This document shows, piece after piece, positions 10,291 through 21,278 of a stretch of DNA of 64,000 nt. Origin of the DNA: Crateriforma spongiae (GTDB taxonomy: Bacteria; Planctomycetota; Planctomycetia; Pirellulales; Pirellulaceae); contig NZ_JAAXMS010000007.1 in assembly GCF_012290005.1 (NCBI RefSeq), positions 41,991 to 105,990 on the forward strand. The letters are read 5' to 3'. The number at the start of each line of letters is the position of its first letter. Within the stretch, counting starts at the first letter, position 1. The position numbers were made by a program, and so were the translations under genes. Below the pieces are notes generated by a model that did no database searches, was not told the origin of the DNA, and saw nothing but the letters and a program-made list of their open reading frames with translations.

Positions 10291-11412
10291 TCAGCGATGG
10301 GAGGTAGCGATGTGTTCGGTCGCTGCGGCAGACGACGATCCATGACCTCCGCCACCACGTCGGGAGCCACCCTGGGTCAGGTTGTCGTGCATTCCGACAA
10401 CGATCACCGACGTGAAAACCAGGCTGGCGATCAAAAAACCGCCGCCCAGCCATCGGGTGCGTTTGACTTGCCACCACATGAACAAACCCGAGATGCCCCA
10501 AAACACCATCGACACAAACATCGCGTCGACGACCAAAGCCCAGACCCAGCGGATGTCCATCTGCGGGGTGTACATGCGTGCCAAATGCATTCGACGCATC
10601 AGATTCATCGTGTCCATCGATGGGCGCGCGTCTTGCCGGATGGAACTGATCGAATTGTTGCCAAGGTTGTAAGTCACCAAACAGGGAACCCCGTCCGCTT
10701 CGGCCGCAAAGACCAAGTTGGGGGCGCGACGTCCGCCGAAGGCTTCACCCGATGAGAGTCCCAAATGGTCCAGCAGACCGGGAATGGCTTGGCGGACTTC
10801 CTCCATCGGATTATCGGAAAGCTCCGCACGTTGAATCGCCGCCATCGGATTCGGTTTGGCCGCGGGCTTGGAGTCGTCAGCCGCTTGCACCGGAGTGCTG
10901 CGGATTTCGCCAGTGCCGGTCACCGGATTGACGCTGATGTCATGCGTGGCCTCGTCGCTATTGACGGTGTACGTCAGAAAGCCGCTGTAGGCCGGACGCT
11001 TTTCCGCGGACAACATGATTTCCGGGCCACCGTAAAGAAATGATTCCAGATTCATTTCTTCAATCACCGCTTCGGCCAAATCATCGGCCGACGGAAGGAC
11101 AACGCCGGGGCCGTCGGCTTTGGCCGGAACCACCGAAAACTTGGTGACTTCGCCGTCACGGAAATATCGCGGATGGTTAAAGAACCAGCCGCTGAAGCCG
11201 TACAGCAAAACGAATGGAAACATGAAGATTCCACTGTAAAGATGGACGCGCCGCATTCCCATCACGAGCGACTTGCCGATCTTTTGCCCCAGCGTCTTCC
11301 TCTTTGGTGTGCGGCGAGGAGTCTGGTCGGCGTTGTCCTGTGCCTCGGCGACAACGCAATCAACCTTTGGCGAAGTCGACCGAGTCGGTGGGTTATCTAA
11401 AGTCGCTGACAT
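10291..11412 (-). CDS. PepSY-associated TM helix family membrane protein
   Basis: Characteristic RRVHLYSGIFMFPFVLLYGFSGWFFNH segment and further TM helices. ATG at 11412 (MSATLDNPP). The ORF-track start 11604 would overlap the upstream gene. Confidence 0.65.
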   Translation of the reverse strand: MSATLDNPPTRSTSPKVDCVVAEAQDNADQTPRRTPKRKTLGQKIGKSLVMGMRRVHLYSGIFMFPFVLLYGFSGWFFNHPRYFRDGEVTKFSVVPAKADGPGVVLPSADDLAEAVIEEMNLESFLYGGPEIMLSAEKRPAYSGFLTYTVNSDEATHDISVNPVTGTGEIRSTPVQAADDSKPAAKPNPMAAIQRAELSDNPMEEVRQAIPGLLDHLGLSSGEAFGGRRAPNLVFAAEADGVPCLVTYNLGNNSISSIRQDARPSMDTMNLMRRMHLARMYTPQMDIRWVWALVVDAMFVSMVFWGISGLFMWWQVKRTRWLGGGFLIASLVFTSVIVVGMHDNLTQGGSRRGGGGHGSSSAAATEHIATSHR

Positions 11413-11506
11413 GGTTGACTGACGGATTTGTGAAAACGGGATGACTGGAAGAAAACACAACCGATTGGTGGTAAACGGTGTGGAGTAATCGTCACTGTGA
11501 ACCGGG

Positions 11507-12580
11507 CTATTGCGCCGCCACCACTTCACGGCCGTTGCGGGTCCACATCGCTCGATAGGCGTCCAGATCGACATGCTCTGATAACAGCGTGACGCTTCCG
11601 TCACAATTTGCGACCATCACGCCGCCCGGGTGATTGCTGCGTGGGCCTCTCGCGATGAATGCACGTATGCCCAAGTCGGGATATCGGGAATTGGGAGTGT
11701 GCCAGCCATTGATCGCGGCACCACCACTGCCGAACGAAGAGATCCAGACACTGCCGCGGCGTGTGTCCCAGCTGTTGTGAGTGGTGATGAAAGCGTTGGC
11801 TTCTTGGGACATGACTTGATCACGGAAGTTCATCATGTCCGTCACGCTGCGGCCCTGCCCACCAGCGATCAGCGAACGAGAATGGTTCGGATCGACTACG
11901 GTCGGTGCCTCGGTTCCCGGACCCATCAACGTTTCGGCAAACATGATGGTGTTGCTGGTTCCGTCGATCACGTCGCGGAATCCGGTGCGAGCACCGACCC
12001 ATGTGATTCCGTCGGTGGGCTGGCCATAGTCGACGTAACTGTCGGTACCCGAGCCGACGTTGACAAAGTAGTTCACACCCGCAGCATCTATCACGATCGA
12101 TGGGCCACGTCGGGCCGGCTGGACGACTTGCTTGACAACCTCGGTGGTGTCACCTGGGCAATTCAAAAACGGAATCGCAATTTTCGCCGTTTCATCATGC
12201 GGCGAATTGAACCCGTCGGTCGATCGCCCCAACGGAATGCGATAATCGATCAGGTCGGCCACCTGACTCTGTTCGGCATAGGGCAACAGCTGGGCGTGCA
12301 GCGACCAACCATTGTTGATGTTCTGGCCGATCCCGGGAAAACGCTTGAATGCCGAATGATAGTTCTGCATCGCCAAGCCGAGCTGTCGGATGTTGTTCCC
12401 GCAGCTCATCCGCCGCGATGCTTCCCGGGCCGACTGAACCGCGGGCAGAAGCAGGCTGACCAAGATGCCGATGACCGCAATGACCACCAACAGTTCCACC
12501 AAGGTGAATCCAGATCGAGGTGGACGTCCGCCATTGGATTTGGTCAACGGGCGGGCAACAAAAAATAGACGGCGGCGCAT
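11507..12580 (-). CDS. DUF1559 protein: prepilin-type N-terminal cleavage/methylation domain plus C-terminal H-X9-DG motif (planctomycete pseudopilin-like)
   Basis: GFTLVELLVVIAVIGILVSLLLPAVQSAREASRR N-terminus; C-terminal HPGGVMVANCDGSV. ATG 12580 with an AGGAAAGGA SD. Confidence 0.85.
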   Translation of the reverse strand: MRRRLFFVARPLTKSNGGRPPRSGFTLVELLVVIAVIGILVSLLLPAVQSAREASRRMSCGNNIRQLGLAMQNYHSAFKRFPGIGQNINNGWSLHAQLLPYAEQSQVADLIDYRIPLGRSTDGFNSPHDETAKIAIPFLNCPGDTTEVVKQVVQPARRGPSIVIDAAGVNYFVNVGSGTDSYVDYGQPTDGITWVGARTGFRDVIDGTSNTIMFAETLMGPGTEAPTVVDPNHSRSLIAGGQGRSVTDMMNFRDQVMSQEANAFITTHNSWDTRRGSVWISSFGSGGAAINGWHTPNSRYPDLGIRAFIARGPRSNHPGGVMVANCDGSVTLLSEHVDLDAYRAMWTRNGREVVAAQ

Positions 12581-12954
12581 CTTGGGTGGTCCTTTCCTGG
12601 CGTAAGACAACGTTCAAAGCTTCTGCCGACGTCCGAAAAATCGGATCGGCGGCAGCTTGCGCGTCGCTTGCTGGGACCGTTTGCAAGTTGCAGGAGAAAG
12701 AAGCCGGCCCAATCGCGACCGGATCCACCGCAACCCCCATACTCCACTGGCTGGCTAGCGTCTGACCAAATTCTTGATAATAGTTCTCAATAGCACAATG
12801 CTTAAACGCAGGAAACGATGCAAGAAATTTCAGCAGCGAAAAGCACGTTTTTTGCCGGTCCAACCCGAGCGTTTTGCGGTACGTTCCGGCGTGGGGACGC
12901 AAAGGCTGCATTCCGCGCCGGCCCTCAGGCTCTGCTGGGAACTCGGCTGGCACG

Positions 12955-14481
12955 CTATCGGGCCCACGCCGGCGTGCCGAACCAGTCGTGCATTTCTTTC
13001 TCGAACGGTGCGACGACGTCGCGTGGTTCGGCGATCCAGCCCCGGTCCCCCGTTTCGGTCATCCATATCTGCAAGGCGGTCCGCATGCGAATCAGCGTTT
13101 CGCGATGCTCGGCGATGTCTGATTCGGCCAGATTGTTGATCTCATGGGGGTCGGCTTGTGTGTCATACAACGACTCGGCCGGCATCGGTTTCATCAGTTC
13201 TGCTGCGGGGCCGATCAACAGACCCTGTTGATGCAGGTCACGCATCAGTGGCTTGACCAAGAAGCATTTTTCTTTGTAGCGATTCAGTGTTGCGAACCCC
13301 GTTCCCGGGGTCAGGTTGCGGATGTAGTGATACCGTCCGTCGTGAACGCTGCGTTGCGTGATCTCGGTTTCATCAATTCGGTCTCGCGCACTGAACGCAT
13401 AGCGACGTTCCGGTTGGTCGATCGAGCCAAACAGTGGACGGCCCTGCATGACGATGGGTGGTTTGATGCCGGCGATGGACAGCGTGGTCGCCGTCAGGTC
13501 GATCAAGCTGACCACTTCGTCGCGTTGTTGTCCTGCTGCAAATCCAATCGGGGGCTCGTGGTTGGCCGCCCATTGGATGACCAGCGGGACTCGGATACCC
13601 GAGTCCCAGACCCAGTGGATGCCCCGGGCTTCCAATCGACCGTTGTCGCCAAAGAAAATCACGACCGTGTCATCTTCCATGCCATCGGTCCGCAAGCGAT
13701 CCAAGATCTTCCCGATACGAATGTCTGCACCGGAGACGCTGTTCAGGTAGCGGGCCCATTCTTGACGGACGACGGGATGATCTGGGTAATAGGGAGGCGG
13801 GCTGACATTCTGCTCGGTTGCGACTTTCGGATGCCACTGTTCACCGACCCAGACGACGCGATCCTTTTCGGCTGATCGACGATCGTAGATGTCGTATTCG
13901 GCCTCGGGCAAATTGATCATCGCGAAGAACGGTTGATGCGACTTCAGCGTGTCCCAATTTTCGGTGTGATACAGCGGGCCTTCTGCGGTGAAATTCAAAT
14001 CCAGTTTGCCGGTGCCGACCACGGCATCACCGATGTTGGTGATATTCGCGGTGTAGTAACCCGCATCGCTTAATCGATGGGTGATCGGCCGGACGCCTTC
14101 GGGCAATCGAAATCCGTCGTCGCGATGCGACCGCATGTGATGGGTGTCCGTGGTCGTTTGGTACATCCCGGTCATGAACGCACTGCGACTGGGGGCACAG
14201 ACCGGTGACGTGGAAAACGCATTGACATAGCGGACTCCCCTGTCGGCCATTGCGTCGACGTTCGGTGTTTGGACGTTCTTGGCGCCGTAGCACTGGAAAT
14301 CCAAACCAAAGTTTTCGCCCACGATCCACAGGATGTTGGGTCTTCGCTGTGGCATTTCGGCACACAACGGTTGCCCTGCCCCGCCCAGGCAAAGCCACCA
14401 GAGACCCGCTGCCGCGGCACATGGCAAAATCAATCGATGGTTCCGGTGACGGGTGACTGGGTTCACGGTGGGCTCCGGCAA
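12955..14481 (-). CDS. sulfatase (formylglycine-dependent arylsulfatase family), secreted
   Basis: CxPxR motif in STSPVCAPSRSAFMTGMY and metal-binding NILWIVGENFG. Signal peptide LILPCAAAAGLWWLCLGGAG. Likely TTG start. Confidence 0.88.
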   Translation of the reverse strand: MPEPTVNPVTRHRNHRLILPCAAAAGLWWLCLGGAGQPLCAEMPQRRPNILWIVGENFGLDFQCYGAKNVQTPNVDAMADRGVRYVNAFSTSPVCAPSRSAFMTGMYQTTTDTHHMRSHRDDGFRLPEGVRPITHRLSDAGYYTANITNIGDAVVGTGKLDLNFTAEGPLYHTENWDTLKSHQPFFAMINLPEAEYDIYDRRSAEKDRVVWVGEQWHPKVATEQNVSPPPYYPDHPVVRQEWARYLNSVSGADIRIGKILDRLRTDGMEDDTVVIFFGDNGRLEARGIHWVWDSGIRVPLVIQWAANHEPPIGFAAGQQRDEVVSLIDLTATTLSIAGIKPPIVMQGRPLFGSIDQPERRYAFSARDRIDETEITQRSVHDGRYHYIRNLTPGTGFATLNRYKEKCFLVKPLMRDLHQQGLLIGPAAELMKPMPAESLYDTQADPHEINNLAESDIAEHRETLIRMRTALQIWMTETGDRGWIAEPRDVVAPFEKEMHDWFGTPAWAR

Positions 14482-14647
14482 CGTGGTGGCATAGAAAACG
14501 AAACAAGCGGCACGGTTTGTTTTACAATGACCGGCATCACCGTGTGGCTGTCGTTGGCGAACGTTCGCCTGCCGATTCGCACCGTTGACCCGCCCAATCC
14601 CACCGGATTAATTCTTTCCCGCCCCCTTTTTTGCGTTCTGGCCCGCC

Positions 14648-16147
14648 ATGAAAAACGATTCGTCCCACCTGAGTACCAATCGCCGTCAATTCACCAAGAC
14701 ATCCGCCGGCTTGTTGGCCGCGGGAACCGCCGCACTGGCGTTTCCCAGACGTGCAATGGCCGATGCAAATTCAAAGATGCGGATCGGTTTCGTGGGTGTC
14801 GGAGGTCGTGGTTTCGGAGCCCATGTCAAAAGCTTGACGAAGCTGGCAAAAGAAGGCGCACCGATCGAATTGGTTGCCGTTTGCGACGTCTACAACGTCA
14901 ACCGTGAAAAGGCTGCGAAATACATTCAGTCCAACTTGGGCAACGAACCGGCCCAGCACGTCGATTTTCGCGACATGTACGCTAAGGAAAACTTGGACGC
15001 CGTCTGCATCGGTACGCCGGATCACTGGCATGCCAAGCAAGCGATCGAAGCCATGCAGGCGGGCATCAATGTGTACTGTGAAAAACCGATGGTCAAAAAG
15101 GTTGAAGAAGCCATCGACTTGGTCAAGGTTTGGCGAAAGACCGGCGTCGTCATGCAAGTCGGTGTCCAGTCGACCAGCTTACCCGTTTGGGATCACGCCA
15201 ATCGATTGATCCGTGCCGGCCAGCTTGGCAAGGTTTTGATGTATCAGACCGAATACTTCCGCAACTCGGATCTCGGTCAGTGGCGGTACTATGAATTGAC
15301 CAAGGAAATGAATCCCAGCAATATCGACTGGCGACGGTTCCTGGGGGTGGACGATGGCTTGTCCGAAGAAGTGCCATTTGACCGCGCGGTTTATCGCCAA
15401 TGGCGTCGATTCTGGCCATTCGGCAGCGGCATGTTCACCGATCTGTTCGTTCACCGAACGACGACGATGTTGAAGGCGACCGGGCTGCGATATCCGGCGC
15501 GTGTGACTGGTTCGGGCGGGATCTATCTGGAATATGACGGCCGCGACGTTCCCGACGTGTCAACGGTCGTGGCGGAATTTAACGAGGGCGTTCAAGGCTT
15601 GGTCACTGCGACCATGGCGTCATCAGAAACGCCGATCAAGCAAGTCATTCGCGGTCACCATGGATCGTTCGTGTTTGGCAACCAAGAAGACTTTGACCAG
15701 TTCACGTTTGTCCCCGAACGACCTCAGGTGACGCACATCAGTCCCAAGGAAGTTCCCTATGAACCGCAGATCATTCGTCCCGATCAGCGGATGCCGGAAA
15801 ACAAGAATCACGCTCACTTTCAAAACTGGATCGATGCGATGGTCGCGAACGATCCCCAACTGTGCAACAACACGCCGGACTTGGGTGCCGCCGCAATTGT
15901 GATCGTCAACTTGGGGGCACGCAGCTATCGCCAAGGCAAGGTGTACCGCTTTGACGGCGATGAAATGGCGGTTTCCGAAGCCGATGGTTCATGGGCCAAG
16001 CGTTGGGAAGACCGGTCGCACCAACGTGGCAAGCCCGAGCATGTTCCGGGCTGGGAAGCCGGCGACACGGGATCCAAGATCTTTGATCCGGATTACCAAA
16101 AGCTGGAAGGCCCTTGGGTCGACGGCAAAGACCCGGCCGGCGCTTGA
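14648..16147 (+). CDS. Gfo/Idh/MocA family oxidoreductase with Tat signal
   Basis: Twin-arginine NRRQFTKTSAGLLAAGTAALAFP. Rossmann MRIGFVGVGGRGFGAHV and EKPM motif. Confidence 0.85.
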   Translation: MKNDSSHLSTNRRQFTKTSAGLLAAGTAALAFPRRAMADANSKMRIGFVGVGGRGFGAHVKSLTKLAKEGAPIELVAVCDVYNVNREKAAKYIQSNLGNEPAQHVDFRDMYAKENLDAVCIGTPDHWHAKQAIEAMQAGINVYCEKPMVKKVEEAIDLVKVWRKTGVVMQVGVQSTSLPVWDHANRLIRAGQLGKVLMYQTEYFRNSDLGQWRYYELTKEMNPSNIDWRRFLGVDDGLSEEVPFDRAVYRQWRRFWPFGSGMFTDLFVHRTTTMLKATGLRYPARVTGSGGIYLEYDGRDVPDVSTVVAEFNEGVQGLVTATMASSETPIKQVIRGHHGSFVFGNQEDFDQFTFVPERPQVTHISPKEVPYEPQIIRPDQRMPENKNHAHFQNWIDAMVANDPQLCNNTPDLGAAAIVIVNLGARSYRQGKVYRFDGDEMAVSEADGSWAKRWEDRSHQRGKPEHVPGWEAGDTGSKIFDPDYQKLEGPWVDGKDPAGA

Positions 16148-16258
16148 TCGAGATTCGCCGACTCTCAAATCGTTTCCATCGCGACGAAATCATCGTCGCG
16201 ATGGCCAGCGGATCGACGGTCCGGTGGACCAAGTCCTAATGTCAGTGCACCGAGGATA

Positions 16259-17611
16259 CTACCCTTGATGCGGGTGCTGCCAAGGTTCGCGGTAAGCACG
16301 TGCCAGCCGCGCGGTCGCTTCATCATCCCCAACGATGGTGTGCGTCGCGGGGTCAAATTCCAGCGTGCGTCCCAGTTCCATCGCCTCGTTTGCCATGATG
16401 CACGACGCACTGCTGATGTGGCCTTGTTCAATATCGGCCACCGGACGACTGCGATCGTCGATGCAGTCAAGGAAATTCTGCATGTGTCCGCGAATCGCCG
16501 AAGCGACATGTAATTCCAAACGCCACTTTTCTTTGTCCGTCAGGTCGGTCGGATACTTGTCGGTTTCGATCAGCGGTTCACCGTGCAAGCGTTCGCCGCC
16601 CTGACGTGGAATGAAGTCGTATTTGTGCACGCTAAGTTTCAGCGTGCCCTTGGTGCCATAGATAATGGCGGCCCAGGGATACTCCGGATCGGGCGGTGAT
16701 CCCCAAGTCCGATGTGTCCACACGACATCCAGCCCGTCAAAGTCGAAGGTGGCGGTTTGGGTGTCCGAGATGTTCGCCTTTGATTCGGTATCCACCAGGA
16801 TTCCACCGGTGCTGCTGATGCGTTTGGGCCACCCCAAGTCCAATTGCCAGCGAACCAAATCCAGCATGTGCACACACATGTCGCCAACAATGCCGTTGCC
16901 GTATTCCATGAATGCCCGCCAACGTCTGGGATGCACCCATTCGTTGTACGGGCGCATCGGGGCCGGCCCGGTCCACATGTCGTAATCCAGGTTCGCCGGC
17001 GGCTGTTGGTCCGGCGGATTGCCTTTGGCACGCATGTGGTAATAACAGCAAACTTCGGCATAGGCGACGTCACCCAACAGCCCCGCATCGATCACCTTTT
17101 GTTTGGCTTCGATCAGGTGTGGCGTGCTACGTCGTTGCGTCCCCACCTGAACGACACGGTCGTGCTTTCGCGCGGCATCCAGCATCGCCTTACTTTCCAT
17201 CACGTCGACGCCCGTGGGTTTTTGGACGTACACGTCGGCACCGGATTCGACCGCGGCGATCATGGGCAATGCATGCCAATGATCCGGCGTGCCGATGATG
17301 ACGATGTCGTGTTGGTGATTGGCCAACTGCTTGCGGAAATCGCCATAGGTTTTCGGACGATTGCCCGAGGCTTGGCGTTTGGCAAACAGGTCCGCCGCTT
17401 CCTCGCGCATCTGCGAATCGACGTCACAGACCGAAACGATCTCCACCGGTGCAATGTTCAGCAACTGCAACGTGTCACATTTGCCGTACCAGCCCGATCC
17501 GATCAGCCCGACTTTGCGTGGCGAATCATTTCCGGCCGCATGGGCCGACCGAGCAATGGCCGCGGTGGTTGCCGCGGTCGCAGATCCGCGCAGAAACTGA
17601 CGACGATCCAT
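16259..17611 (-). CDS. Gfo/Idh/MocA family oxidoreductase with Tat signal
   Basis: MDRRQFLRGSATAATTAAIARSAHA. VGLIGSGWYG Rossmann; EKP motif (YVQKPT). Confidence 0.85.
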   Translation of the reverse strand: MDRRQFLRGSATAATTAAIARSAHAAGNDSPRKVGLIGSGWYGKCDTLQLLNIAPVEIVSVCDVDSQMREEAADLFAKRQASGNRPKTYGDFRKQLANHQHDIVIIGTPDHWHALPMIAAVESGADVYVQKPTGVDVMESKAMLDAARKHDRVVQVGTQRRSTPHLIEAKQKVIDAGLLGDVAYAEVCCYYHMRAKGNPPDQQPPANLDYDMWTGPAPMRPYNEWVHPRRWRAFMEYGNGIVGDMCVHMLDLVRWQLDLGWPKRISSTGGILVDTESKANISDTQTATFDFDGLDVVWTHRTWGSPPDPEYPWAAIIYGTKGTLKLSVHKYDFIPRQGGERLHGEPLIETDKYPTDLTDKEKWRLELHVASAIRGHMQNFLDCIDDRSRPVADIEQGHISSASCIMANEAMELGRTLEFDPATHTIVGDDEATARLARAYREPWQHPHQG

Positions 17612-17667
17612 AAATCAAACCTGACGTGATGGGGAAACGAGCAATACGGTAAGAAAACAACCGGTCG

Positions 17668-18570
17668 CTAGACGACGCACTGTCGAACGGCGTCGGTCAG
17701 TCCGGCAAGCGGATCGCCGGCGGGGATGAATTCATGGGCAAAGTAGCCGTCGAAGCCGGTTTCAGCGATCGCCTGGGCGATCGGCGGGTAATACAGTTCT
17801 TGAGTGGCGTCCAGTTCGTGGCGTCCCGGATTGCCGCCGGTGTGGTAGTGGCCAAACGCGTCATGGTTTTCGCGGATGGTCCGGATGATGTCGCCTTCCA
17901 TGATTTGCATGTGATAGATGTCGTAAAGCAACTTGAAATTGTCACTGCCGACGCGTTTGACCAGTTCGACGCCCCAGGTGCTGTTGTCACACATGTAATC
18001 GGGGTGATTGACTTTGCTGTTCAGCAATTCCATGTTCAGGATGACGTTGTGTTTTTCCGCCACTGGGGTGATCTTCTTTAGGGCATCCACACAGTTCTTC
18101 ATGCCGGTTTCGCGATCGATACCCCGTGCGTTGCCGCTGAAACAGATCACGTTGCGCCAGCCTTCCTTTGCAGTCGCTTCGATCGCCGCGTTCATCTTTT
18201 CCAACGCTTCGTCGTGATACTTCGTATCGCACAGGCCTTTGCCCAGGGAGTGTGAACTGACCATCGTGCAGATCAATCCGTGCTTTTTCAGCGTGGGGAA
18301 ATCCTTCGGTCCCAGCAGGTCGATTCCGACCAATCCAAGGTTGGCGGCTGCGGCAGCCATTTCCTCCAGCGAAAACATCTTGTAACACCATTTGCACACC
18401 GATTGGTTCAGCCGGCCTTGCTTGGCATCGACATTCTCGGTCGCCGTGGCGGGCTTCTCATCGGCCGATGTGACACTGGTGGTCGCGGCAAGGCCGGCGG
18501 CGGCACCGCCCACCGTTCCGGCGATGGCTTGGCGGCGTGAAAGGACGTTGTTTTGATCGGGGTGGGACAT
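17668..18570 (-). CDS. sugar phosphate isomerase/epimerase (xylose-isomerase-like TIM barrel) with Tat signal
   Basis: ATG 18570 (MSHPDQNNVLSRRQAIAGTVGGAAAGLAATTSVTSA). TIM-barrel core (GLVGIDLLGPKDFP...EKHNVILNMELLN...YDIYHMQIMEGD). Confidence 0.75.
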   Translation of the reverse strand: MSHPDQNNVLSRRQAIAGTVGGAAAGLAATTSVTSADEKPATATENVDAKQGRLNQSVCKWCYKMFSLEEMAAAAANLGLVGIDLLGPKDFPTLKKHGLICTMVSSHSLGKGLCDTKYHDEALEKMNAAIEATAKEGWRNVICFSGNARGIDRETGMKNCVDALKKITPVAEKHNVILNMELLNSKVNHPDYMCDNSTWGVELVKRVGSDNFKLLYDIYHMQIMEGDIIRTIRENHDAFGHYHTGGNPGRHELDATQELYYPPIAQAIAETGFDGYFAHEFIPAGDPLAGLTDAVRQCVV

Positions 18571-18851
18571 CAGCGGGCTTTCATTGAAATCGCGGGCCAT
18601 GCGTCGGGGGGACGCCACGGCACTGCGAACGTGCGGGAAATCAGCCCGCATTGTCTTCGCCCAACGGGCGGAAAGCAAGTTTATGCGGCCTGTCCCAGAT
18701 TGCCGCGTCTGACGCGCCGACGGAATTCGCTTTGCACCCGAATCGAACTTGTCGGGGCGTCATGGCGATGTGCTGTCTCTCGACGCGATACGATTGTGGG
18801 CACATCGCTTTGACGAAATCGTCTGCCGGCCGACCATGAAACGGAGTCCCA

Positions 18852-20297
18852 ATGCAATCGTATCAAGCCGCATGTCGAATGATGACGTGGATGGTGCTGG
18901 TCGTTGGGTGCACGCCTGCGACCTTGGCGACGGGCAACAACACAGCGAATCCCGACGTTTTGGTAATCGTTGTCGATGACATGAACGACTGGGTTTCCCT
19001 GTTGGATCCCAACGCCCCCATCAAAACTCCTCATTTGAAACGTTTGGCAAAGCGGGGCGTGTCGTTCACGCGAGCCTACTGTGTTTCGCCGGCCTGCAAT
19101 CCATCACGGGCCGCGACTTGGACTGGACTGCGACCGTCAACCACCGGTGTGTACGGCAACAAGAGCGATTGGCGGCAAGCGGTTCCCAGTCGTCGGACGA
19201 TCATGCAGCAGTTCATGGCCGCCGGTTATGACGTACGTGGTGCGGGGAAAGTGTTTCATCATCATTTGGACGGAGCCTTTCACGATGGTGCTTCGTTCCA
19301 TGACTTCCAGCCGATGCGTCCGCAGTCGTATCCACGCGAAAAGCGGAACCAAGCGGATGAATACGGATCTCGGAACACCGATTGGGGGCCGTGGCCACCA
19401 CGTGAATCCGATGCGATCGATGTTCACACGGCTGACTATTGCATCGATGCGTTGCGTCAGCCTTCCGATGGAGGGCCACAGTTTCTGGTCTGCGGAATCT
19501 TCAAGCCGCATTCACCCTTCTTTGCTCCCGCGGAGTATTTTCCGGCTTACGATAACATCGGCCTTCCTGTCCGCGATCCCAACGATTGGAACGATCTTCC
19601 AGACGGTGCCCATTCGTTGTTGCAACAGAAAGCGTGGTTCTGGCGGGGCATGATGGACCTGGAACGTCGTGCGAAAGGTTCCTATCACGACTTCGTCCAG
19701 GCCTACGCAGCATGTGCTAGTTTTGCCGATGCGCAAATTGGCCGAGTCTTGGATGCACTGGATCAAAGTCCCCGCCGCAACAACACGATTGTGGTGCTAT
19801 GGTCCGATCACGGTTTCCATCTGGGCGAAAAGGACCACATCGAGAAGTTTGCGCTGTGGGAAAAGGCGACGCACATTCCCTTCATCGTGGTGGCCCCAGG
19901 AGTGGCGGTTCCCGGTGGGCGTTGTGATCGTCCGGTTGACATGACCGTGTTGTATCCGACCTTGCTTGAACTTTGTGGTTTGCCTGTCGATGCGCGGTGT
20001 GATGGAAACAGTGTGGTTCCTTTGTTGCGGGATCCTCAGGCCCGATGGGTTCGTCCGGCGTTGATGACGTACCTGCCCGGGAATCATGCCGTCCGAAGTC
20101 AGCGTTGGCGTTACATCCGATACGCCGATGGCAGCGAAGAACTTTATGACCACAACGCCGATCCAGACGAGTGGATAAATCTGGCCGGCGAACATCGCTA
20201 TGCACCCGTGATCAAATCACATCGACGGTGGATTCCAGAATCCGAAGCCAAACCGGTCGTTGATTTACAACGCGCCGGTAAGAAAGCCGGGCAATGA
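18852..20297 (+). CDS. sulfatase (iduronate-2-sulfatase-like), secreted
   Basis: VLVIVVDDMNDW, CVSPACNPSRAATWTGLRP (CxPxR). GGAG SD before ATG 18852. Confidence 0.88.
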   Translation: MQSYQAACRMMTWMVLVVGCTPATLATGNNTANPDVLVIVVDDMNDWVSLLDPNAPIKTPHLKRLAKRGVSFTRAYCVSPACNPSRAATWTGLRPSTTGVYGNKSDWRQAVPSRRTIMQQFMAAGYDVRGAGKVFHHHLDGAFHDGASFHDFQPMRPQSYPREKRNQADEYGSRNTDWGPWPPRESDAIDVHTADYCIDALRQPSDGGPQFLVCGIFKPHSPFFAPAEYFPAYDNIGLPVRDPNDWNDLPDGAHSLLQQKAWFWRGMMDLERRAKGSYHDFVQAYAACASFADAQIGRVLDALDQSPRRNNTIVVLWSDHGFHLGEKDHIEKFALWEKATHIPFIVVAPGVAVPGGRCDRPVDMTVLYPTLLELCGLPVDARCDGNSVVPLLRDPQARWVRPALMTYLPGNHAVRSQRWRYIRYADGSEELYDHNADPDEWINLAGEHRYAPVIKSHRRWIPESEAKPVVDLQRAGKKAGQ

Positions 20298-20339
20298 CCA
20301 TCAATCTGTACCAGGCTCGGACCATCATAAGATCCAATC

Positions 20340-21278
20340 ATGCATAAGAACAGACTTTCTGGTTTGGTCGCAGCGACGTACACACCGTTGCGGGATGACG
20401 GAACGGTGAATTTGGATATCGTCGATCCTTTTGTGGAACACTTGTTCAACAACGGCGTCAGCGGTTTGTACGTCTGTGGCAGCACGGGTGAAGGCATGTC
20501 CCTGACGATCGCCGAACGAAAGGCCACCGCGGAAGCATTCGTACGGGCGTCCGGTGGTCGTCTGCCCGTCATTGTCCAGGTCGGCCACAATAGTCTGGCC
20601 GAGGCGAGAGGGCTTGCCGGGCACGCGCAGGAAATTGGCGCGGATATCATTTCGGCGACTTGCCCGTCCTACCATAAAGTCGGTTCGGCCGGCGGATTGA
20701 CTGATTGCATGATCGAGGTCGCCGGCGGCGCGCCGGATCTCCCATTCTACTATTACCACATTCCGGCCCTGACCGGTTCGAATCTGGATGTGCTTGAATT
20801 TTTGAAACGCGGCGGCGAAAAGATTCAAAATCTTGTCGGTTTGAAGTATACCGACACAAAGCTGTTCGAATTTCAGGAGTGTTGCGAACTGGATGACGGT
20901 CGATTTGATGTTGTTTGGGGATGTGACGAAATGTTGCTGGGTGCTTTGGCCACCGGAGCCACAGGTGCGATCGGCAGCACTTACAACATTGCCAGCGGCC
21001 TGTACCGCCGAATCATTAGCGCGTTCGACCAAGCCGATTTTGCACAAGCACGCCGGTGGCAATCGCTGTCAGTCAAGATGATTCGCACGATGAATGGCTA
21101 TCCGTTCCACCCCGCGATGAAAGCCGTTCTGGAGTTGCGCGGGTTTGCGATGGGTGGTTGCCGACTGCCGCAGGGACGTTTGACTTGCGACGAGATCATA
21201 CGATTGAAAGCCGAGTTGCAGTCAATTGGTTTTTTCGATTGGTCACAAGACGGTCCAAATCCCGGAACGACACAATGA
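20340..21278 (+). CDS. DapA/NanA-family class I aldolase (dihydrodipicolinate synthase / N-acetylneuraminate lyase family)
   Basis: GLYVCGSTGEGMSLTIAERKA motif. Size and layout match the DHDPS/NAL family. Confidence 0.8.
   Translation: MHKNRLSGLVAATYTPLRDDGTVNLDIVDPFVEHLFNNGVSGLYVCGSTGEGMSLTIAERKATAEAFVRASGGRLPVIVQVGHNSLAEARGLAGHAQEIGADIISATCPSYHKVGSAGGLTDCMIEVAGGAPDLPFYYYHIPALTGSNLDVLEFLKRGGEKIQNLVGLKYTDTKLFEFQECCELDDGRFDVVWGCDEMLLGALATGATGAIGSTYNIASGLYRRIISAFDQADFAQARRWQSLSVKMIRTMNGYPFHPAMKAVLELRGFAMGGCRLPQGRLTCDEIIRLKAELQSIGFFDWSQDGPNPGTTQ

Noticed and set aside
14508-14525. Partial sigma-54 -24-like element (cGGCACggttt...) between the divergent sulfatase and Gfo/Idh/MocA genes
   Set aside because: The -12 GC/TTGC element is absent at the required spacing (GTTTT instead).
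11630-17629. Antisense ORFs 11630..12568, 13144..13875, 16844..17629 and similar ones (41508..42212, 43532..44455, 47115..47861, 53509..54033)
   Set aside because: Each lies wholly inside, and opposite to, a gene with strong family signatures (DUF1559, sulfatase, Gfo/Idh/MocA, ALDH, helicase, dnaE2, membrane protein). They show no motifs.
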